64,000 nucleotides of DNA from a bacterium (GCA_030603885.1 JAUVWW010000004.1:2236-66235), one strand, 5' to 3'. Positions 16,368 to 27,246 are shown, counted from the stretch's first letter. Made by a program: numbers and translations. The notes: a model not told the origin generated them from the sequence alone.

Positions 16368-18469
16368 TGCCTAGAGAATATCCTATTAAAAAAGTGAGAA
16401 ACATTGGTATCATCGCTCACATTGACGCCGGTAAAACCACAGTCACTGAGCGTATTTTGTATTACACGGGAAAGACTTACAAAATTGGTGAGGTTCACAA
16501 AGGAGAGGCAGTCATGGATTGGATGGCCCAAGAAAAAGAAAGGGGTATTACTATTACCTCGGCAGCTACTACTTGTTTCTGGCCACCAGAAAAAAAAGAG
16601 AAAATTCATAGGATTAATATTATTGATACCCCGGGCCATATTGATTTTACAGCCGAAGTCCAAAGGTCATTACGTGTTCTAGACGGAGGAATAGTGGTTT
16701 TTGATGGAGTAGCTGGAGTTGAGCCTCAATCAGAGACAGTTTGGCATCAGGCAGATAAATTTAAAGTGCCCAGGCTTTGTTTTATTAACAAAATGGATAG
16801 AATTGGAGCTGATTTTTACAAAAGCTTTGATTCTATTCATAAGAGATTGACTCCCAATGCTCAAGCAGTACAACTTCCTATTGGCGCTGAAGATAAATTT
16901 GAAGGCGTCATTGATCTTATTAAACAAAAAGCTATTTATTTTGAAGGTGAAAAAGGAGAAAAAGTAGTAGAAAAAGATATTCCAGAAAATATGGAAGAAG
17001 AGACAAAAAAATGGAGAGAGAAGATGATCGAGGCTATTGTCGAACACGATGAGAAATTAATGGAGAAATATTTAGAAGGAAAAGAGGTAACAGAAGAAGA
17101 ACTAAAACAAACCTTAAGGAAAGCTGTCCTAGTATATAAATTAGTCCCTGTTTTTTGTGGATCAGCTTTGAAAAATAAAGGTGTACAGCCTTTGTTAGAT
17201 GCCGTGATAGATTATTTACCTTCTCCAGTTGATGTGTCTGCTGTGGAAGGAATAGAACCTACCAAAGAAGAAAAAACAATCACAAGAGAAGCCAAAGATG
17301 ATGCTCCATTTTCTGCTCTAGCTTTTAAAGTAGCTACTGATCCATTTGTGGGAAAACTAGTTTACTTTAGAGTTTATTCTGGAACTCTCAAAGCTGGTTC
17401 CTATATTCTTAATGCCACTACCAAAGATAAAGAAAGAGTAGGAAGGATCCTGCGTATGCATGCTGACAAAAGAGAAGAAGTAAAAGAGGTTTACGCTGGG
17501 GGTATTGAAGCTATTGTTGGTTTAAAAGAAACTACCACTGGTGATACTTTGTGTGATCCAGATCATCCAGTTATTTTGGAAAAAATTGTTTTTCCTGAAC
17601 CAGTAATTTCTCAGGCTATTGAGCCAAAAACAAAAGCAGATCAAGAAAAACTGGGTCTTGCTTTAAGAAAGCTAGCTGAGGAGGATCCTACTTTTAAAAT
17701 AAAAGCGGATGAAGAAACTGGACAAACCATTATCTCCGGCATGGGAGAGCTACATCTAAATATTCTGGTTGATAGAATGAAGCGAGAGTTTAAAGTTGAT
17801 GCCGGTGTTGGTAAGCCCCAGGTAGCTTACAAAGAAACTATTTTAGAAGAAGCCACAGCCGAAGGGAAATACATTAGACAGACAGGAGGTCGAGGACAAT
17901 ATGGCCATGTCTGGCTTAGAGTAGAGCCTCTTGAAAGAGGCAAAGGTTTTGAATTTGTCAATGAGATTAAAGGAGGAGTAATACCTCAAGAATTTATTCC
18001 TGCTGTAGGAAAAGGAGTAAAAGAGGCTATGGAAAATGGAGTATTGGCTGGCTATCCTTTTGTTGACTGTAAAGTGACTTTGTATGATGGGTCTTTCCAT
18101 GAGGTAGACTCATCTGAGGCAGCCTTTAAAATCGCGGGTTCAACTGCTTTTCAAGCGGCAGCCAAAAGAGGAAAGGCTATACTCCTTGAGCCAATTATGA
18201 AACTGGAAGTGATTGTTCCTGAGGAATTTATGGGAGATGTGATGGGGGATCTAAATGCCAAAAGAGCTCAAATTGAAGAGATGACTGATAGATTAAATAT
18301 GAAAGTCATTGATTGTAAAGTTCCTTTGGCAGAAATGTTTGGCTATGCTACCTCTTTGCGATCCATGACCCAAGGTCGAGGTACTTTTACTATGGAATTT
18401 GATCATTATGCTCAAGTACCAAAAAATGTGGCAGAGGAGATAATTGGGGGTGGGGAAAAGAGTGGATAA
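16367..18469 (+). CDS. fusA: Elongation factor G
   Basis: GTP-binding AHIDAGKTT and DTPGHIDF, plus EF-G domains II-V. Confidence 0.9.
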   Translation: MPREYPIKKVRNIGIIAHIDAGKTTVTERILYYTGKTYKIGEVHKGEAVMDWMAQEKERGITITSAATTCFWPPEKKEKIHRINIIDTPGHIDFTAEVQRSLRVLDGGIVVFDGVAGVEPQSETVWHQADKFKVPRLCFINKMDRIGADFYKSFDSIHKRLTPNAQAVQLPIGAEDKFEGVIDLIKQKAIYFEGEKGEKVVEKDIPENMEEETKKWREKMIEAIVEHDEKLMEKYLEGKEVTEEELKQTLRKAVLVYKLVPVFCGSALKNKGVQPLLDAVIDYLPSPVDVSAVEGIEPTKEEKTITREAKDDAPFSALAFKVATDPFVGKLVYFRVYSGTLKAGSYILNATTKDKERVGRILRMHADKREEVKEVYAGGIEAIVGLKETTTGDTLCDPDHPVILEKIVFPEPVISQAIEPKTKADQEKLGLALRKLAEEDPTFKIKADEETGQTIISGMGELHLNILVDRMKREFKVDAGVGKPQVAYKETILEEATAEGKYIRQTGGRGQYGHVWLRVEPLERGKGFEFVNEIKGGVIPQEFIPAVGKGVKEAMENGVLAGYPFVDCKVTLYDGSFHEVDSSEAAFKIAGSTAFQAAAKRGKAILLEPIMKLEVIVPEEFMGDVMGDLNAKRAQIEEMTDRLNMKVIDCKVPLAEMFGYATSLRSMTQGRGTFTMEFDHYAQVPKNVAEEIIGGGEKSG

Positions 18470-18534
18470 CTTAATTGACAGGAAATTTTGATCTAGTAAG
18501 ATATAAAATAGAAATTAACAATTAACCAAAAAAC

Positions 18535-20796
18535 ATGACCAGCAAAGCGTATATCTTGTTAATTGTGCTCCTTGTGGTATTAATTATTGGAGGAGGGGCC
18601 TATGGTTACCTGAAGATTAGTCAAAAATCTATAGAGGAGATAGTTAAGCCAGTCAAAGAAAAAATAGAGGAGGTATCTAAACCAGCTGAAGTTTTGGCTC
18701 AGAAATTTGCTACTTATGAAGAGACACCAGTAAAAATTAGTCCTCAAGTTGAATCTTATACAGTAGAAAAAGATCTAGCCAATATTACCAATAAAGATCA
18801 GTTCACATTTTCCGATTCGGCAAAGAATTTACTGGTTCAAAATGCCTTTGTAGTAGTGCCATCAAGTAATCAAGAGTATTTCTCAATCTACGAAGATAAT
18901 CGATATGGCTATGTCCCAAGTTTTATTACCACAGATTCAATGCTGCATAATTATCATTTATTCTTTGATTATCTTTTGAGAACTTTAGAAAAAGATAAAC
19001 TTATCCCTGAACTAAAGACATTGAATGCCAACATGCTCAAGATTTCCCAAGAGCAATATCAAAAATTATCTGGGACTGCTTGGGAAAACGCTGCCAAAAG
19101 AAATGTTGCTTTCTTTACTGTAGCTTCAGGATTGCTTGAGTTTGGAACTCCTATTCCAGAGGCAGTCAAGAAAGAGGTAGAAAAAGAACTTGAGTTAATC
19201 GAAAAACATGAAGGAATGACATTTTCTCATGTAATGAACATGGGGCAAGATCTTGAAGCTGTACCAGAGCTTCCTGCGGCTACTGAGGAAGTCTTAAAAC
19301 TTTATAAAGAAGATTATACCCAATATGTTCCCAGGGGCCATTACACTAGATCAGAAGATCTAAAGAAATATTTCAAAACCATGATGTGGTATGGCCGGAT
19401 GACTTTTCGTCTAAAAGAAGAAGACGAGACCAAATCAGCAGTGTTGGCTACTTTGGCTCTAAAACAGTCAAAGGATAGCTATGACTCTTGGGAGAAGATA
19501 TATCAACCAACCGTTTTCTTTGTGGGCAAAGCTGATGATATTTCCTTTTTTGATTATTATGAGGTGGCAAAAACAGTCTATGGTGAAGATGTTGATTTAG
19601 AAGCGGTTACCCAAGAAGATAAATTTTCAACTTTTATTGATGAAGCAAAGAAGTTGCCTTCACCGAGCATAAACTCTATGCCTATTTTTGATATGAGATT
19701 TCAGCCAGATCGAGAAAAAGAAATTAAAGGATTTAGATTTATGGGTCAGAGGTTCACTATTGACGCCTCTGTGTTTCAAAGATTAGTTTATCGAGAAGTA
19801 GGGGATAAGGAACATACCTGTCAAGATGATCCCAAAACTTGGATTCCTGAAGAATCTCGAAGATTTCCCAAAGGCCTAGATATTCCAGCCTCATTTAGTT
19901 CAGATGAGGCTTATAGTATTATTGATGGCTATAAAGATACAGATTATGCCTGCTACAGAGAAAATATGTCTAAAATGAAAGATCATATTGCAGGACTGGG
20001 CACTGATATCTGGACCCAAAATCTTTATTGGGGCTGGCTTTATTCTTTGGTGCCTCTGACAGGGGAAAAAGGAGAGGGCTATCCTTCATTTATGCAAAAC
20101 CAAGCTTACATCAGAAAAGAACTAAATACTTTTTTAGGAAGTTGGACAGAGCTCAAGCGCGATACTATTTTATATGCCAAACAAGTTTATGCAGAGTTGG
20201 GTGGCCTTATGCCAGAAGAGAAGGATGACCGAGGCTATGTAGAGCCTAATCCCTATGTTTATGCAAGATTAGCCTCTTTGATTAAAGTGACTAAAGAAGG
20301 ATTAAAGATTCGAGGATTACTTAAAGATGAAATAGCAGGAAGTTTAGATAAGCTAGAAACTTTAGCCCGTCGTCTAAAGGAGATTTCAGAAAAAGAGCTA
20401 AATGGAGAGTCTCTAACTGACGAAGATTATGATCTGATTAGAACTTATGGAGGAAGTCTTGAGCACTTTTGGTTAGAGACTTTTAAAGATTTAGGCATTA
20501 CCTCCACCAGTCAGCTATCAGAAGAGCCAGCTCCCATTATAGCTGATGTAGCCACTGATCCTGGAACCTTGCAAGTGCTTGAGGAAGGCACTGGAAATGT
20601 TTTCGAAATCTATGCTGTGGTTCCTGTGGAGGGTAAGTTAAGAATTGCTAAAGGTGGAGTATATTCCTATTATGAATTTACTTGGCCCATGGATCAGCGT
20701 CTCACCGATGAAGCTTGGCGAGAAATACTCGATAAGGGAGAAGAGCCAGATTTGCCAGATTGGACTACATCTTTTATAAGTGATTCACTCTATTAA
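18535..20796 (+). CDS. Large membrane-anchored extracellular hypothetical protein (possibly DUF3160-like; contains a YVPRGHY motif)
   Basis: 753 aa with an N-terminal TM helix. No enzyme motif recognised. Translationally coupled (ATGA) to the next gene. Confidence 0.45.
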   Translation: MTSKAYILLIVLLVVLIIGGGAYGYLKISQKSIEEIVKPVKEKIEEVSKPAEVLAQKFATYEETPVKISPQVESYTVEKDLANITNKDQFTFSDSAKNLLVQNAFVVVPSSNQEYFSIYEDNRYGYVPSFITTDSMLHNYHLFFDYLLRTLEKDKLIPELKTLNANMLKISQEQYQKLSGTAWENAAKRNVAFFTVASGLLEFGTPIPEAVKKEVEKELELIEKHEGMTFSHVMNMGQDLEAVPELPAATEEVLKLYKEDYTQYVPRGHYTRSEDLKKYFKTMMWYGRMTFRLKEEDETKSAVLATLALKQSKDSYDSWEKIYQPTVFFVGKADDISFFDYYEVAKTVYGEDVDLEAVTQEDKFSTFIDEAKKLPSPSINSMPIFDMRFQPDREKEIKGFRFMGQRFTIDASVFQRLVYREVGDKEHTCQDDPKTWIPEESRRFPKGLDIPASFSSDEAYSIIDGYKDTDYACYRENMSKMKDHIAGLGTDIWTQNLYWGWLYSLVPLTGEKGEGYPSFMQNQAYIRKELNTFLGSWTELKRDTILYAKQVYAELGGLMPEEKDDRGYVEPNPYVYARLASLIKVTKEGLKIRGLLKDEIAGSLDKLETLARRLKEISEKELNGESLTDEDYDLIRTYGGSLEHFWLETFKDLGITSTSQLSEEPAPIIADVATDPGTLQVLEEGTGNVFEIYAVVPVEGKLRIAKGGVYSYYEFTWPMDQRLTDEAWREILDKGEEPDLPDWTTSFISDSLY

Positions 20797-21599
20797 TGCG
20801 AAAATCTTTTCTAATTTTATTATCTTGTTGCCTGATAGGTATTGGTATTTTCGTTGTTTGGGATAGAATAGAATTATTTCAGAAAATCAAAATTTATTCT
20901 TCAAGCTTAGTTGGAAAGTTGAATTTTAACCCAAATAGAACAGAGTATTCTGAACAGGGATACTCTGTTTTCTATTGGGATGGCCAAAACTATAAGGAAG
21001 AAGAAAAAGATATTAGTTCATTAACTGAAGTAATTACTAAGCCTAAACAAGAAATAGATTTTGATTATGATGGCGAGAATGAAAAAGTGGTGCTAGATAA
21101 TGGAGTAGTATCTATCTATAGAAAAGGAGAGGTGTGGTGGCAAAGTGATCCAGACTGGCAGGTAGAAAATGTATTATTAGCTGATTTGAATTGGGACGGA
21201 AAAATCGAGCTTAATATGTCTCTTTGGAAACAAGGGAGCTATGGAGATGATCTACCTTTTTGGATAGAGGAAAATGATTCCGATTTTGGTAATCATTTTT
21301 TTATTTATGGTTTTAAAGAAGGAGAAATAAGACCAATCTGGTGTTCTTCTACTATTGATTATCCCATTCACAAGATGGCTGCTTCAGATATTAATGGCGA
21401 TGGAAAAGATGAGCTGGTTGTCCTTGAAGGCACCTATGACCAGCCTCAAGACTCTTTAACAAAATACGTTGGCATTTGGTCCTGGAATGACTGGGGTTTT
21501 TCAAATGATTTTAGGAGTGAGGAGGATCAGTTCTGTGATCTTAAAATAAGGAAAGATTTAGATAATAAAAATTGTGTTCTAGTAAAAAACAAACCCTAG
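20796..21599 (+). CDS. Membrane-anchored FG-GAP/integrin-alpha-like repeat protein
   Basis: N-terminal TM helix, and DLNWDGKIEL and DINGDGKDELVV FG-GAP-type Ca-binding repeats. Confidence 0.5.
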   Translation: MRKSFLILLSCCLIGIGIFVVWDRIELFQKIKIYSSSLVGKLNFNPNRTEYSEQGYSVFYWDGQNYKEEEKDISSLTEVITKPKQEIDFDYDGENEKVVLDNGVVSIYRKGEVWWQSDPDWQVENVLLADLNWDGKIELNMSLWKQGSYGDDLPFWIEENDSDFGNHFFIYGFKEGEIRPIWCSSTIDYPIHKMAASDINGDGKDELVVLEGTYDQPQDSLTKYVGIWSWNDWGFSNDFRSEEDQFCDLKIRKDLDNKNCVLVKNKP

Positions 21600-21625
21600 A
21601 CCATTTCAGTAATTAGAGTAAATGA

Positions 21626-21656
21626 AAAAGCACCGGTTTTCTTTTGGTGCTTTTTG
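21626..21656. terminator. Bidirectional intrinsic terminator between convergent genes
   Basis: aaaaaGCACCggttttcttttGGTGCttttt. Confidence 0.55.
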
Positions 21657-21666
21657 TATATGCGAT

Positions 21667-22233
21667 TTACCAATGGGGGAACGGAATTAAAACTTTTTCT
21701 TTAGGATGAGATAATACTTTTTCTATAAAACCATCATTCCCACTCAAGTAGAGAACATCCCCTTTGATTTTTATCAGCTTTCCCTGAGGATTCTTATACA
21801 GAAACCGTTCAATTAAAGTTTTTGCGATTTTAAATCCACATTTCTGGTAAAAGGGGCTATTTTTTCGACCGCAGAATCCGACACCTGTTTGTTTTCTATA
21901 GCTAAGATAGTTATATATTGCACGCATAAGTATCTTGCCATAACCTCTTCTCTTAATTACCGAAACAATATCAGCGATTCCTTGGATGTTATAAAACTTA
22001 CCAAGGAACCTTATTTTAATGGGTCGTAATCTTCCAACAGAAAGAATCTTCTTTTTAGGACTGCGAACAATAAAAAACTTATCATTAGTAAAAGGTTTTC
22101 GATTTTTTGGTTCTAGTGGTTTATTTTCTGGAAAAACTTTTTGCCAAATTTCATTAATCCATCTGATAGTTTGAATTGGAAGATCCTTCCCTTTCTGTAC
22201 ATCTATATAAGTTCTTTTCATAACATAAACCAT
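21667..22233 (-). CDS. GNAT-family N-acetyltransferase-like protein
   Basis: Acetyl-CoA-binding-like segment RRGYGKILMRAIYNYL and GNAT topology. Confidence 0.5.
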   Translation of the reverse strand: MVYVMKRTYIDVQKGKDLPIQTIRWINEIWQKVFPENKPLEPKNRKPFTNDKFFIVRSPKKKILSVGRLRPIKIRFLGKFYNIQGIADIVSVIKRRGYGKILMRAIYNYLSYRKQTGVGFCGRKNSPFYQKCGFKIAKTLIERFLYKNPQGKLIKIKGDVLYLSGNDGFIEKVLSHPKEKVLIPFPHW

Positions 22234-22279
22234 AATTAAAAAGATTTATAAACTTTCTTAGCGGGCCCACTGATTGCAA

Positions 22280-22468
22280 CTAACATACGCGGTTTAACGA
22301 GATTTCAGTGAGGCTGAAATTTGGAGTGACTTCTCTTATTCTACCTGCACTGCCTGAGCCCAAAAGTAGATAACCATTTGCAGAATTTACTACTACATCT
22401 ACTTGTTGATCTATAGCAAAACCTTCAATATTTTTAATCTGGATCTTAACTATACTGTCCTGTAACAT
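22280..22468 (-). pseudogene. Macro-domain-like N-terminal fragment (possible gene remnant)
   Basis: VDVVVNSANGYLLLGSGSAGRI resembles the start of a macro domain (VDAIVNAAN..LLGGGGV). Only 62 aa, with no room for the rest of the domain before the next gene. Confidence 0.2.
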
Positions 22469-22477
22469 TCGTTATTC

Positions 22478-23002
22478 TTAGATATTTTTAATTATCTCAT
22501 CTATAAGTTTAAGTGAATCGGGATTTTGCTCTATATCAGTTGAGTTTAATGCTTGAAAACAGTAAGAGCCGACTAAATCTAAATTATGACAATCAGCAAA
22601 ATAAGTTAGTGCTTGGTCTGTGACTCGTTTAGAATTGACTATATCTCCACCACCTACTACAATAGTGATTATTTTTTTTCCTTTTAATATGTCTGTTTCA
22701 TGAAAAGGATTAGTTCTATCAATGAAATCTTTTAGTAGGCCAGTTACATTATCAAAATAATTTGGAGAACCGATGATAAAAACATCAGCCTCAATCATCT
22801 TTTTATAAATTTCATCCATGTCGTCTTGAATTGAACATTTATTTGATTTATCACAGCTTAAACATCCAGAACAATGCTTGATATTTTTATCTCTAAGAAA
22901 TATCAATTCTTTTTCTCCATTTATTGATTCAAAAATTCTTTTCAGAATAAAGTCGATATTTCCTTCTCTAGGACTCCCTGAAATTAATAAAAATTTAGTC
23001 AT
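22478..23002 (-). CDS. Flavodoxin-like / NADPH-dependent FMN reductase family protein with a Cys cluster (iron-sulfur flavoprotein-like)
   Basis: LLISGSPREGN at the N-terminus, CSGCLSCDKSNKC, and a flavodoxin-like fold. Confidence 0.55.
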   Translation of the reverse strand: MTKFLLISGSPREGNIDFILKRIFESINGEKELIFLRDKNIKHCSGCLSCDKSNKCSIQDDMDEIYKKMIEADVFIIGSPNYFDNVTGLLKDFIDRTNPFHETDILKGKKIITIVVGGGDIVNSKRVTDQALTYFADCHNLDLVGSYCFQALNSTDIEQNPDSLKLIDEIIKNI

Positions 23003-23011
23003 AATAAATAA

Positions 23012-23500
23012 TTAAACAAATAATTTTATCCATTGTTTCATTGTATTTAAAAACAAATCAGGCTCTGATTTAATTTTTTCTAGTAGCTCCTCCTTTGAGA
23101 ACCATTTTATTTCTTCAACTTCTTCTTGAATTTTAAAATCTTTAATATCTTTGGCAATTTCCAAAGTGAACCATTGGCAAAAGTAGTTATATTTTTCAGA
23201 AACTTTTCTTTTGGGTCCTTTGCGTAGCTTAATATTTTTCAATCCAAGTTCTTCCCCGACTTCTTTAATAATATTCTCCTTGTAATTTTCTCCCTCCTCA
23301 ATAGTTCCTGCAACTGCAGGTCCCCACTTTCCAGGATCATGTTTTTTCTTTAAAGATCTTCTGGCAAGTAAAATTTCTCCTTTAGGATTGGTAATCCATA
23401 GAGCAGACACTCTATAAATATCCTTGAGAGCTAGAGTACCTATTTCTTTATAACCAATTATATTATCTTTTTCGTTTACAATAACCATTCTTGGTTTCAT
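23012..23500 (-). CDS. NUDIX hydrolase
   Basis: Nudix box GTIEEGENYKENIIKEVGEELGL. Confidence 0.75.
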   Translation of the reverse strand: MKPRMVIVNEKDNIIGYKEIGTLALKDIYRVSALWITNPKGEILLARRSLKKKHDPGKWGPAVAGTIEEGENYKENIIKEVGEELGLKNIKLRKGPKRKVSEKYNYFCQWFTLEIAKDIKDFKIQEEVEEIKWFSKEELLEKIKSEPDLFLNTMKQWIKLFV

Positions 23501-23599
23501 AGATTAAATAATTTGATTGACATTTTAATTTGACTGTTGTGAGAGTGTGATAGCACCGAAGCGAATGGAGTGAATAGAGAGTCCACAGAGCCCGCTTAA

Positions 23600-24127
23600 C
23601 TAAAATTTTAATTCTTTAAATGAATGTACGTCAATTCCATATTTAGAAAAAATATCTTTTACAGGAGGATTGCCAATATCTTTGTCTTCAAGTCCAAGTA
23701 GCCTCAACCCTTGTTTTACCTTTTCTTCACTTGATGATTCAATTTCTAGATAAGGCGGAATCTTTGGCCACGAGTCTATTGCAAATTCTATGTCATCAAA
23801 AGTATATAAAATTCTTTTATTTTCTTGATAATACTTACCCTTAAATTGAAGTTTCGAGAGAATTTTTGCTGCTTTTTTAAAATTAGCTACTTCTACCTCA
23901 ATTTCTTCAGTTTCAGAAATACCAGTGCCTGATTTATATCTATAAGAGATTATTATTTTCTTTCCTTCATCTCTTAATCTTATCCATTCATCTTTTGATG
24001 GATCAATATCAAAAACCCATCTTTTCATTAAAATTTCGGGTTCTTTTTTCGCACCAAGTTTCTTAAGTTTTTTCTCTATCTCGTTTACATCAATATCTAA
24101 TACCTTTGTTTCAAATTCTTTTGGCAT
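23600..24127 (-). CDS. CYTH-domain protein (class IV adenylyl cyclase / triphosphate-tunnel metalloenzyme-like)
   Basis: EFETKVLDIDVNEI at the N-terminus, and the C-terminal pattern ...YTFDDIEFAIDSWPKIPPYLEIE typical of CyaB/ThTPase CYTH. Confidence 0.6.
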   Translation of the reverse strand: MPKEFETKVLDIDVNEIEKKLKKLGAKKEPEILMKRWVFDIDPSKDEWIRLRDEGKKIIISYRYKSGTGISETEEIEVEVANFKKAAKILSKLQFKGKYYQENKRILYTFDDIEFAIDSWPKIPPYLEIESSSEEKVKQGLRLLGLEDKDIGNPPVKDIFSKYGIDVHSFKELKF

Positions 24128-24142
24128 AATCCTTTATTAATA

Positions 24143-25105
24143 TTAAAGCCTGATCTCTTTTTCTAACCAAGGTATTGACTTTTCTTTGTGTCTCCAAAAT
24201 AAATCTTCAAACAAAAGAGAGGAAGCAAAAATTGACCACTTACCATATCTTCTTTTTAATTCTTTTAAGATTTTATTTGGAGAGACCAATTTTTTATTGA
24301 GTAGCAATCTTGAATATATTTTCTGTTCCCAGGGCGGAATAGTTATGATTAGTTGGTGTTTGCCTAAAATTCCTAATAAATTATCCAAGGATGCCGGACC
24401 AATTCCATACAATTTTAACAATTCTTTTTTGACTTCTTCTGAAGGCTTTTTTCTTAACCTATACTCATTTATCTCTCCTTTTGCAAATTGTTTTGAAATT
24501 CTGATAAACATCTTTGCTCTATAACCAACTTTTAAATTCCTTAGTTCTTGCTCGCCTGCTTTAACTAACTTTTGAGGCTTCCAAATCAAATACATTTCTT
24601 GATTATCAAATTTTATTTTCTGCCCACACTTATTTAGAAGAGCATTCATCATTTGAACAGTTCTTCTCACGGTTGCATTTTGTAAAACAATTGAAATCAT
24701 TATTATTTCATAGAGTGATTCGAACTTTCGACCATGAGCACCTCTCATTCTTGTGCCAAGCACTGAATCTGATTTAAATTTTTCATAGAATTCCGAGAGA
24801 TCTTCATTAAGCCCGTATCTGAAGTTTAAATCTTCAATTAGATCTTGGATAAATTTTTTAGACAGTTTTGAAGTTGAAAAAATTGTTAGTTTTATTTTTG
24901 GTTTATTAATTGTCCCAGTACTTTCAAGTTTTGTTCCCAGAATCTTATTTTTGAAACGCATGGTTTTCCAGAATTTCCCAGGCTCCCAGACCTCTATCGG
25001 AGTTGGAAAATGACCAGGGTTGCAAACTGTTTTATTAAAATTATATGGTGCTTTGGGGATTATTTCTGTGGAATATTTCTTTTTCAAGGTTATCGTTTTT
25101 GCCAT
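24143..25105 (-). CDS. HhH-GPD superfamily DNA glycosylase-like protein (AlkA/Ogg-like)
   Basis: Helix-hairpin-helix LLKLYGIGPASLDNLLG, an upstream helical segment resembling the HhH-GPD core, 320 aa. Confidence 0.45.
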   Translation of the reverse strand: MAKTITLKKKYSTEIIPKAPYNFNKTVCNPGHFPTPIEVWEPGKFWKTMRFKNKILGTKLESTGTINKPKIKLTIFSTSKLSKKFIQDLIEDLNFRYGLNEDLSEFYEKFKSDSVLGTRMRGAHGRKFESLYEIIMISIVLQNATVRRTVQMMNALLNKCGQKIKFDNQEMYLIWKPQKLVKAGEQELRNLKVGYRAKMFIRISKQFAKGEINEYRLRKKPSEEVKKELLKLYGIGPASLDNLLGILGKHQLIITIPPWEQKIYSRLLLNKKLVSPNKILKELKRRYGKWSIFASSLLFEDLFWRHKEKSIPWLEKEIRL

Positions 25106-25215
25106 AGCAACTTACTAATTAGGATATCCAGTTGTTAAATTTGCGTCCCGAGGCGGATTGGATATAACATAGCGGAGCCCTTTAATCTGTGTTAGGCCAA
25201 GCTTTTTTGAATATT

Positions 25216-26697
25216 TTACAAACAATCTTTAAAAACCTTTCGAAAATGGAATCCGTAAATTGAGAAAGTAATTGCCAATGGGAAAAGTCGTGGATGTCTA
25301 AATAAAGACCAGAAGAAGAGCTTCCAGTAATAACCCCTTCCTTTCTCTTTTATACCCAAAAACAAAATGGATTTAAAAAAGGCTCCAAGGTAGCTGAAAC
25401 GGAAGTGAAGTGCCTTTTTTTGCATTGGCTTATATTCTTTTAAAAATCTCATAACTCGTTCATAGTAGTGTTTGGGAGAGTAAATTCTGCTGATAATTCT
25501 TTTATAGCCCTTAATGAGTATTTTGTAATCCATTTTAGGAATAAAATTGATTGAAAAATCTGTATTGTCACCCGAGAAGTCCTTCGATAACCTACCCTCT
25601 TTTATAAGACGCTGGTAGAGTCTGGAGCCACGAGGAGCATTTAATAACCCGACCATGGCAGTGACAATTCCACTTTCCTGAATAAATGCAATAAGCCTTT
25701 CGAAAATTGAAGGAGGATCATTATCAAAGCCTACGATGAATCCCCCTTGTACCTCTAAACCAAATTTCTGAATCTTTTTTATACAAGCTACTAAATCACG
25801 ATTCTTGTTCTGAAACTTATCGCATTCGGCTAGACTTTCCTCGTTTGGTGTCTCAACGCCAACAAATACTGAGGTAAACCCCGCCTTAACTATTAATTGC
25901 ATAAGTTCCTCATCATCGGAAAGATTTATAGATGCTTCTGTACCAAAAGAGAAAGGATATCTTTTTCTTTCCATCCATTCAAATATAGCGGGCAAAATTT
26001 CTTTTTTTAACTTTCTCTTATTTCCTATAAAGTTATCATCAACAAAGAATACATAACCTCTCCAGCCTTGGGAGCGCAGTCTTTCTAATTCGGCTAATAT
26101 TTGGTTTTTACTCTTTGTTCGCACTTTATGCCCATAAAGCACTGTGATATCGCAGAATTCACAATTAAAAGGACAGCCTCGGGAATATTGAATATTCATA
26201 GATGAATATTTTCTCATATTGATAAGTTTCCAGAGCGGAGCAGGCGTCTTTTCTATATCTGGGAATTGGTTAGAGGTATAGATATGTTTAGCACGCCCCT
26301 CTCTCAAATCTTCTAAAAAGGATGGGAGAGTGATTTCAGCCTCATTAAGTACGAAATGGTCTACATCATCAAAATCTTCATATTCAGCAGTAAAAAGGGG
26401 ACCACCAGCAACAATCTTAGTTCCTAGTCTTTTGCATTTAGCGATTACTCTTTTTGCAGATTTCTTTTGAACAGACATAGCACTAATAAACACATAATCA
26501 GCCCATCTAATATCTCTATCACTTAAAGTTGTTACATTCATATCTACAAGTTTTTTCTCCCATTTTTTAGGAAGCATTGCAGCTACAGTCAGCAGTCCCA
26601 AAGGCGGGTAACCTGCCTTTTTAGAAATAAATTTCAAGGCATACTTAAAACTCCAGAAAGTGTCTGGATACTCTGGATAAACTAAGAGGATTTTCAT
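25216..26697 (-). CDS. B12-binding-domain radical SAM protein (with a DUF4070-like C-terminus)
   Basis: N-terminal cobalamin-binding Rossmann-like region (MKILLVYPEY...GLLTVAAML). Radical SAM motif SRGCPFNCEFCD. Confidence 0.8.
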   Translation of the reverse strand: MKILLVYPEYPDTFWSFKYALKFISKKAGYPPLGLLTVAAMLPKKWEKKLVDMNVTTLSDRDIRWADYVFISAMSVQKKSAKRVIAKCKRLGTKIVAGGPLFTAEYEDFDDVDHFVLNEAEITLPSFLEDLREGRAKHIYTSNQFPDIEKTPAPLWKLINMRKYSSMNIQYSRGCPFNCEFCDITVLYGHKVRTKSKNQILAELERLRSQGWRGYVFFVDDNFIGNKRKLKKEILPAIFEWMERKRYPFSFGTEASINLSDDEELMQLIVKAGFTSVFVGVETPNEESLAECDKFQNKNRDLVACIKKIQKFGLEVQGGFIVGFDNDPPSIFERLIAFIQESGIVTAMVGLLNAPRGSRLYQRLIKEGRLSKDFSGDNTDFSINFIPKMDYKILIKGYKRIISRIYSPKHYYERVMRFLKEYKPMQKKALHFRFSYLGAFFKSILFLGIKEKGRGYYWKLFFWSLFRHPRLFPLAITFSIYGFHFRKVFKDCL

Positions 26698-26754
26698 ATT
26701 TATACCTTATTAAAATAGAAGTTTTGTAAATTTACAAACGCATCTGAAAAAGTA

Positions 26755-27246
26755 TTACTTAATATTACAATGTTTTCTTAATAAAAACAACAGTTCTGGA
26801 TGGAATTTTTCACCTTTATTTATCATCTCTTGAATTTTATTTAAGCTAAAGAATTCTAGTCTTTCTACTTCTTTAGGATTTATTTTGAATGGACCATTAA
26901 ATACAGTTCTGAAAGTTGCTAAGAATTTTTTGAGACCTCTTTCATTCTCGTAGAGATCTTTATATTCAAAAGTTATTTCTGTTTGTATTCCAAGTTCTTC
27001 TTTAAATTCTCTTAAAGCTGCTTTTTTATAACTTTCTCCGGATAACACATGACCACCAACAGGGGTACTCCAATGGTGTGGGCAAAATGACTTATATTTA
27101 CTTCGTAATTGTAAGGCTATTTCACCCTTGTTATTGAAAATAAGAATATGGACTATTCTATGAGAGAGAAGTTTTTCATAAACTTCTTTTTGAGAAGCTT
27201 TGTCTATAACTTCATTGTGTTCATTTACTACATCTAAAAATTCCAT
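26755..27246 (-). CDS. NUDIX hydrolase (IPP-isomerase-like subfamily possible)
   Basis: Nudix box GGHVLSGESYKKAALREFKEELGI. Confidence 0.7.
   Translation of the reverse strand: MEFLDVVNEHNEVIDKASQKEVYEKLLSHRIVHILIFNNKGEIALQLRSKYKSFCPHHWSTPVGGHVLSGESYKKAALREFKEELGIQTEITFEYKDLYENERGLKKFLATFRTVFNGPFKINPKEVERLEFFSLNKIQEMINKGEKFHPELLFLLRKHCNIK

Noticed and set aside
20028-20228. 66-aa + strand ORF inside the 753-aa gene, and similar internal ORFs (2520-2768, 2823-3122, 3267-3524, 14772-15104, 28949-29311, 30413-31051, 38597-38968, 50416-50763 and others)
   Set aside because: Nested in or antisense to well-supported conserved genes. No independent signals.
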